Below are positions 62,140-64,000 of a DNA stretch of 64,000 nt, piece by piece (position 1 is the stretch's first letter; each line of letters opens with the position of its first letter). The DNA is from Isurus oxyrinchus (Eukaryota). The notes beneath the pieces are model-generated. The model saw only the letters and a program-made list of their open reading frames with translations. It ran no database searches and was not told the DNA's origin. The stretch covers positions 1,116,001 to 1,180,000 of the forward strand of contig JANJGN010000031.1 in assembly GCA_026770705.1 (NCBI GenBank), given 5' to 3'. A program made the position numbers and the translations under genes.

Positions 62140-62345
62140 GGAATTCATTACCATAGAAGGCTGTGGAGGCCAGGTCATTGAGTGCATTTAAGACCGAGAT
62201 AGATAGGTTCTGGATTCGTAAGGGGATCAAAGGTTACGGGGAGAAGGCGGGAGAATGGGAACTTATCAGCCATGATTGAATGGCGGAGCAGACTCGATGG
62301 GCCGAATGGCCTAATTTCTGATCCTATGTCTTATGGTCATATGGT
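62140..62345 (+). mobile_element. CR1 3' tail
   Basis: Near-identical to 27540-27745. Confidence 0.9.
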
Positions 62346-62439
62346 CTAACTGACACTCTCCATCCTGCTCTAGGACCACATTTCACAGCTTATAGCCCTT
62401 AGAAGCTCGCTTTTCTCAAGGTCCAATTTCAGCCCCATT

Positions 62440-62790
62440 TAGCAAAACAAATAAAAACATAATAATGATGATTCACTACTTAACACCTCTACCCATTGAT
62501 ATGCTGAGCAAATGTTTGGAGAACACATTCTTTTTCATCGCTGTTCCAGCTCCAATTTATTTATGAAAAGGTGCTTCCCAGGTACTTACTTTGTGATACC
62601 ACTGATCTTGACCTCTACTTTCACATAATTATTTCTTCAAAATCTCATAACGTTCTTATTTATGTTGAGTTTCATTCCTTCATCTTTCACCACTTTATTC
62701 ATTCTATCCATTACTAACTGCAGATCATTTGCTGAGCTAGCCACGGCGGCCTTATGGGCTGCAAAACTCACCACCTTAACAATTGACCTC
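62440..62790 (-). mobile_element. RTE-like LINE RT fragment
   Basis: AVASSANDLQLVMDRMNKVVKDEGMKLNINK followed by KYLG. Confidence 0.6.
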
Positions 62791-62949
62791 CTATTTCGAA
62801 TACACTCTGTACTTCCAAAAGGTGTTAGATGAAATGTCACATACAAACCTTGTCATCAAAGTTCAATACCACGGATTAAAAGGGACAGTGGTAGCAGGTC
62901 AACGACGTTGGCAGCGTGACGGGAAATAGGGAGAGTGTAGCGAACGGAA

Positions 62950-63135
62950 TCAAAGCCGAAAATGCTGGAAACGCTCAGCAGGCCCGGGATCTTCTTTGGA
63001 GAGAGGAAATAGTTAACATTTTCGAAGCCTTTCATCTGAACCTTTCATTTGACCTCAAACTTTGTCTCTGTTCCTCTCTACATGGATGCTGTCTGATTTG
63101 TTCAATATTCCCAGCATTTTCTACTTTTATTTCAG
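62950..63135. mobile_element. Short inverted-repeat (hairpin) element
   Basis: gaaaatgctggaaa...ttcccagcattttc arms; single arms also near 17280-17345, 35765, 42565 and 45345. Confidence 0.65.
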
Positions 63136-63834
63136 TATCCGCGGTGCTTTACTTTTGTATCGCTGGGGCAAAAAGTTGTCGGATACCGGCATTTCATCGC
63201 ACATTTCTATACCGTCTTATGTTGCTGTGCCATTTGCGAATAAATAACCGCAAGCGTCACTGGCATCGTTTTTATATCATTCCCTTGTTGAAATACGTTT
63301 CGACCCTCCTTGTCGCAAGCCTGATTTCTGAGGAAGAATACGGCATCTCCCTGTGTCCATCTTAAAACCCCATTAAACGCGAAAAAGAGATTGAACATAA
63401 CATTCTGCTGCCAGCAATCTCACAGAGATAAACACAGGTGGTCATGTTCACATGTCTACCAGGGCTCGTAGTCACAGACCCACAGACGACCCAAATAACA
63501 ACTTACATTTGAAATGGCGTTGTGAACGTGTATAGTCAAAACTTCACAAATTCAGCCAACAATTGACACCGCGTTACACGAGGAAATATTTGTCATCCGA
63601 AACTTGCTCGGCTTTCAGAAGGATCCTAACGGAAGATAGGGAGGTGGAGTCTTTTCAGGAGGAGATTGGAGGACTCATGTTGCAGGTAGAGGAAACAAAG
63701 GGAGGAAATGAAGAAACAATAAATATTATTGAAGCAATAGCGCCACCTACGGCCCGTGTTCCGCAAATGCACTTAACTTCTTTACATGGCTGCGGCCCGG
63801 TTAAATGTCAGTAAACTAAAAGCAAACAACTTAG

Positions 63835-64000
63835 TCGTTTTAGATTCATTCCCTCATGGAATGCGGACCCAGTTGGCGAGACCAGCATTCATTGCCCATC
63901 CCAAATTGCCCTTGAGAGGGTGGTGGTGAGCTGCCTTCTTGAATCGCTGCAGTCCATGTGGTGGAGGTACACTCACAGTGCTATTAAGGAGGGAAGTACA
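63835..64000 (-). mobile_element. Second LINE family 3' end, running off the window
   Basis: ccagcattcattgcccatccc...gcccttgag.gggtggtggtgagctgcc tail. Confidence 0.85.

Overview
Vertebrate genomic DNA, most likely from a cartilaginous fish (shark-type CR1 LINEs, Deu-domain SINEs, Penelope-like element). It covers part of the germline V-segment array of an antigen-receptor locus, best read as T-cell receptor beta: 23-spacer RSSs, CAWS and (C)ASS V ends, and TRBV30-like and TRBV20/29-like sequences. I find four apparently intact leader-intron-V-RSS genes (14911-15859, 36094-36944, 42892-43765, 45674-46551), about ten clear V pseudogenes and a few doubtful relics. No D, J or C segments are visible. 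The two V segments at the left end are on the minus strand and all clear V segments from 9.4 kb on are on the plus strand. The region from about 28 to 46.6 kb is a tandem segmental duplication (units A, B and a partial C) that expanded a TRBV30-like 'WYRW...CAWS' family. The most unusual signal is in two sister pseudogenes: their forward RSS spacer has collapsed to 15 bp, while their CACTGTG heptamer forms, on the opposite strand, a consensus heptamer + 12 bp + ACAATAATR nonamer. This is a possible cryptic 12-RSS inside the V array. The rest is largely retrotransposon debris, including a near full-length CR1, nested insertions and a solo LTR. Repeat boundaries are approximate, and family assignments come from motif recognition rather than database searches.
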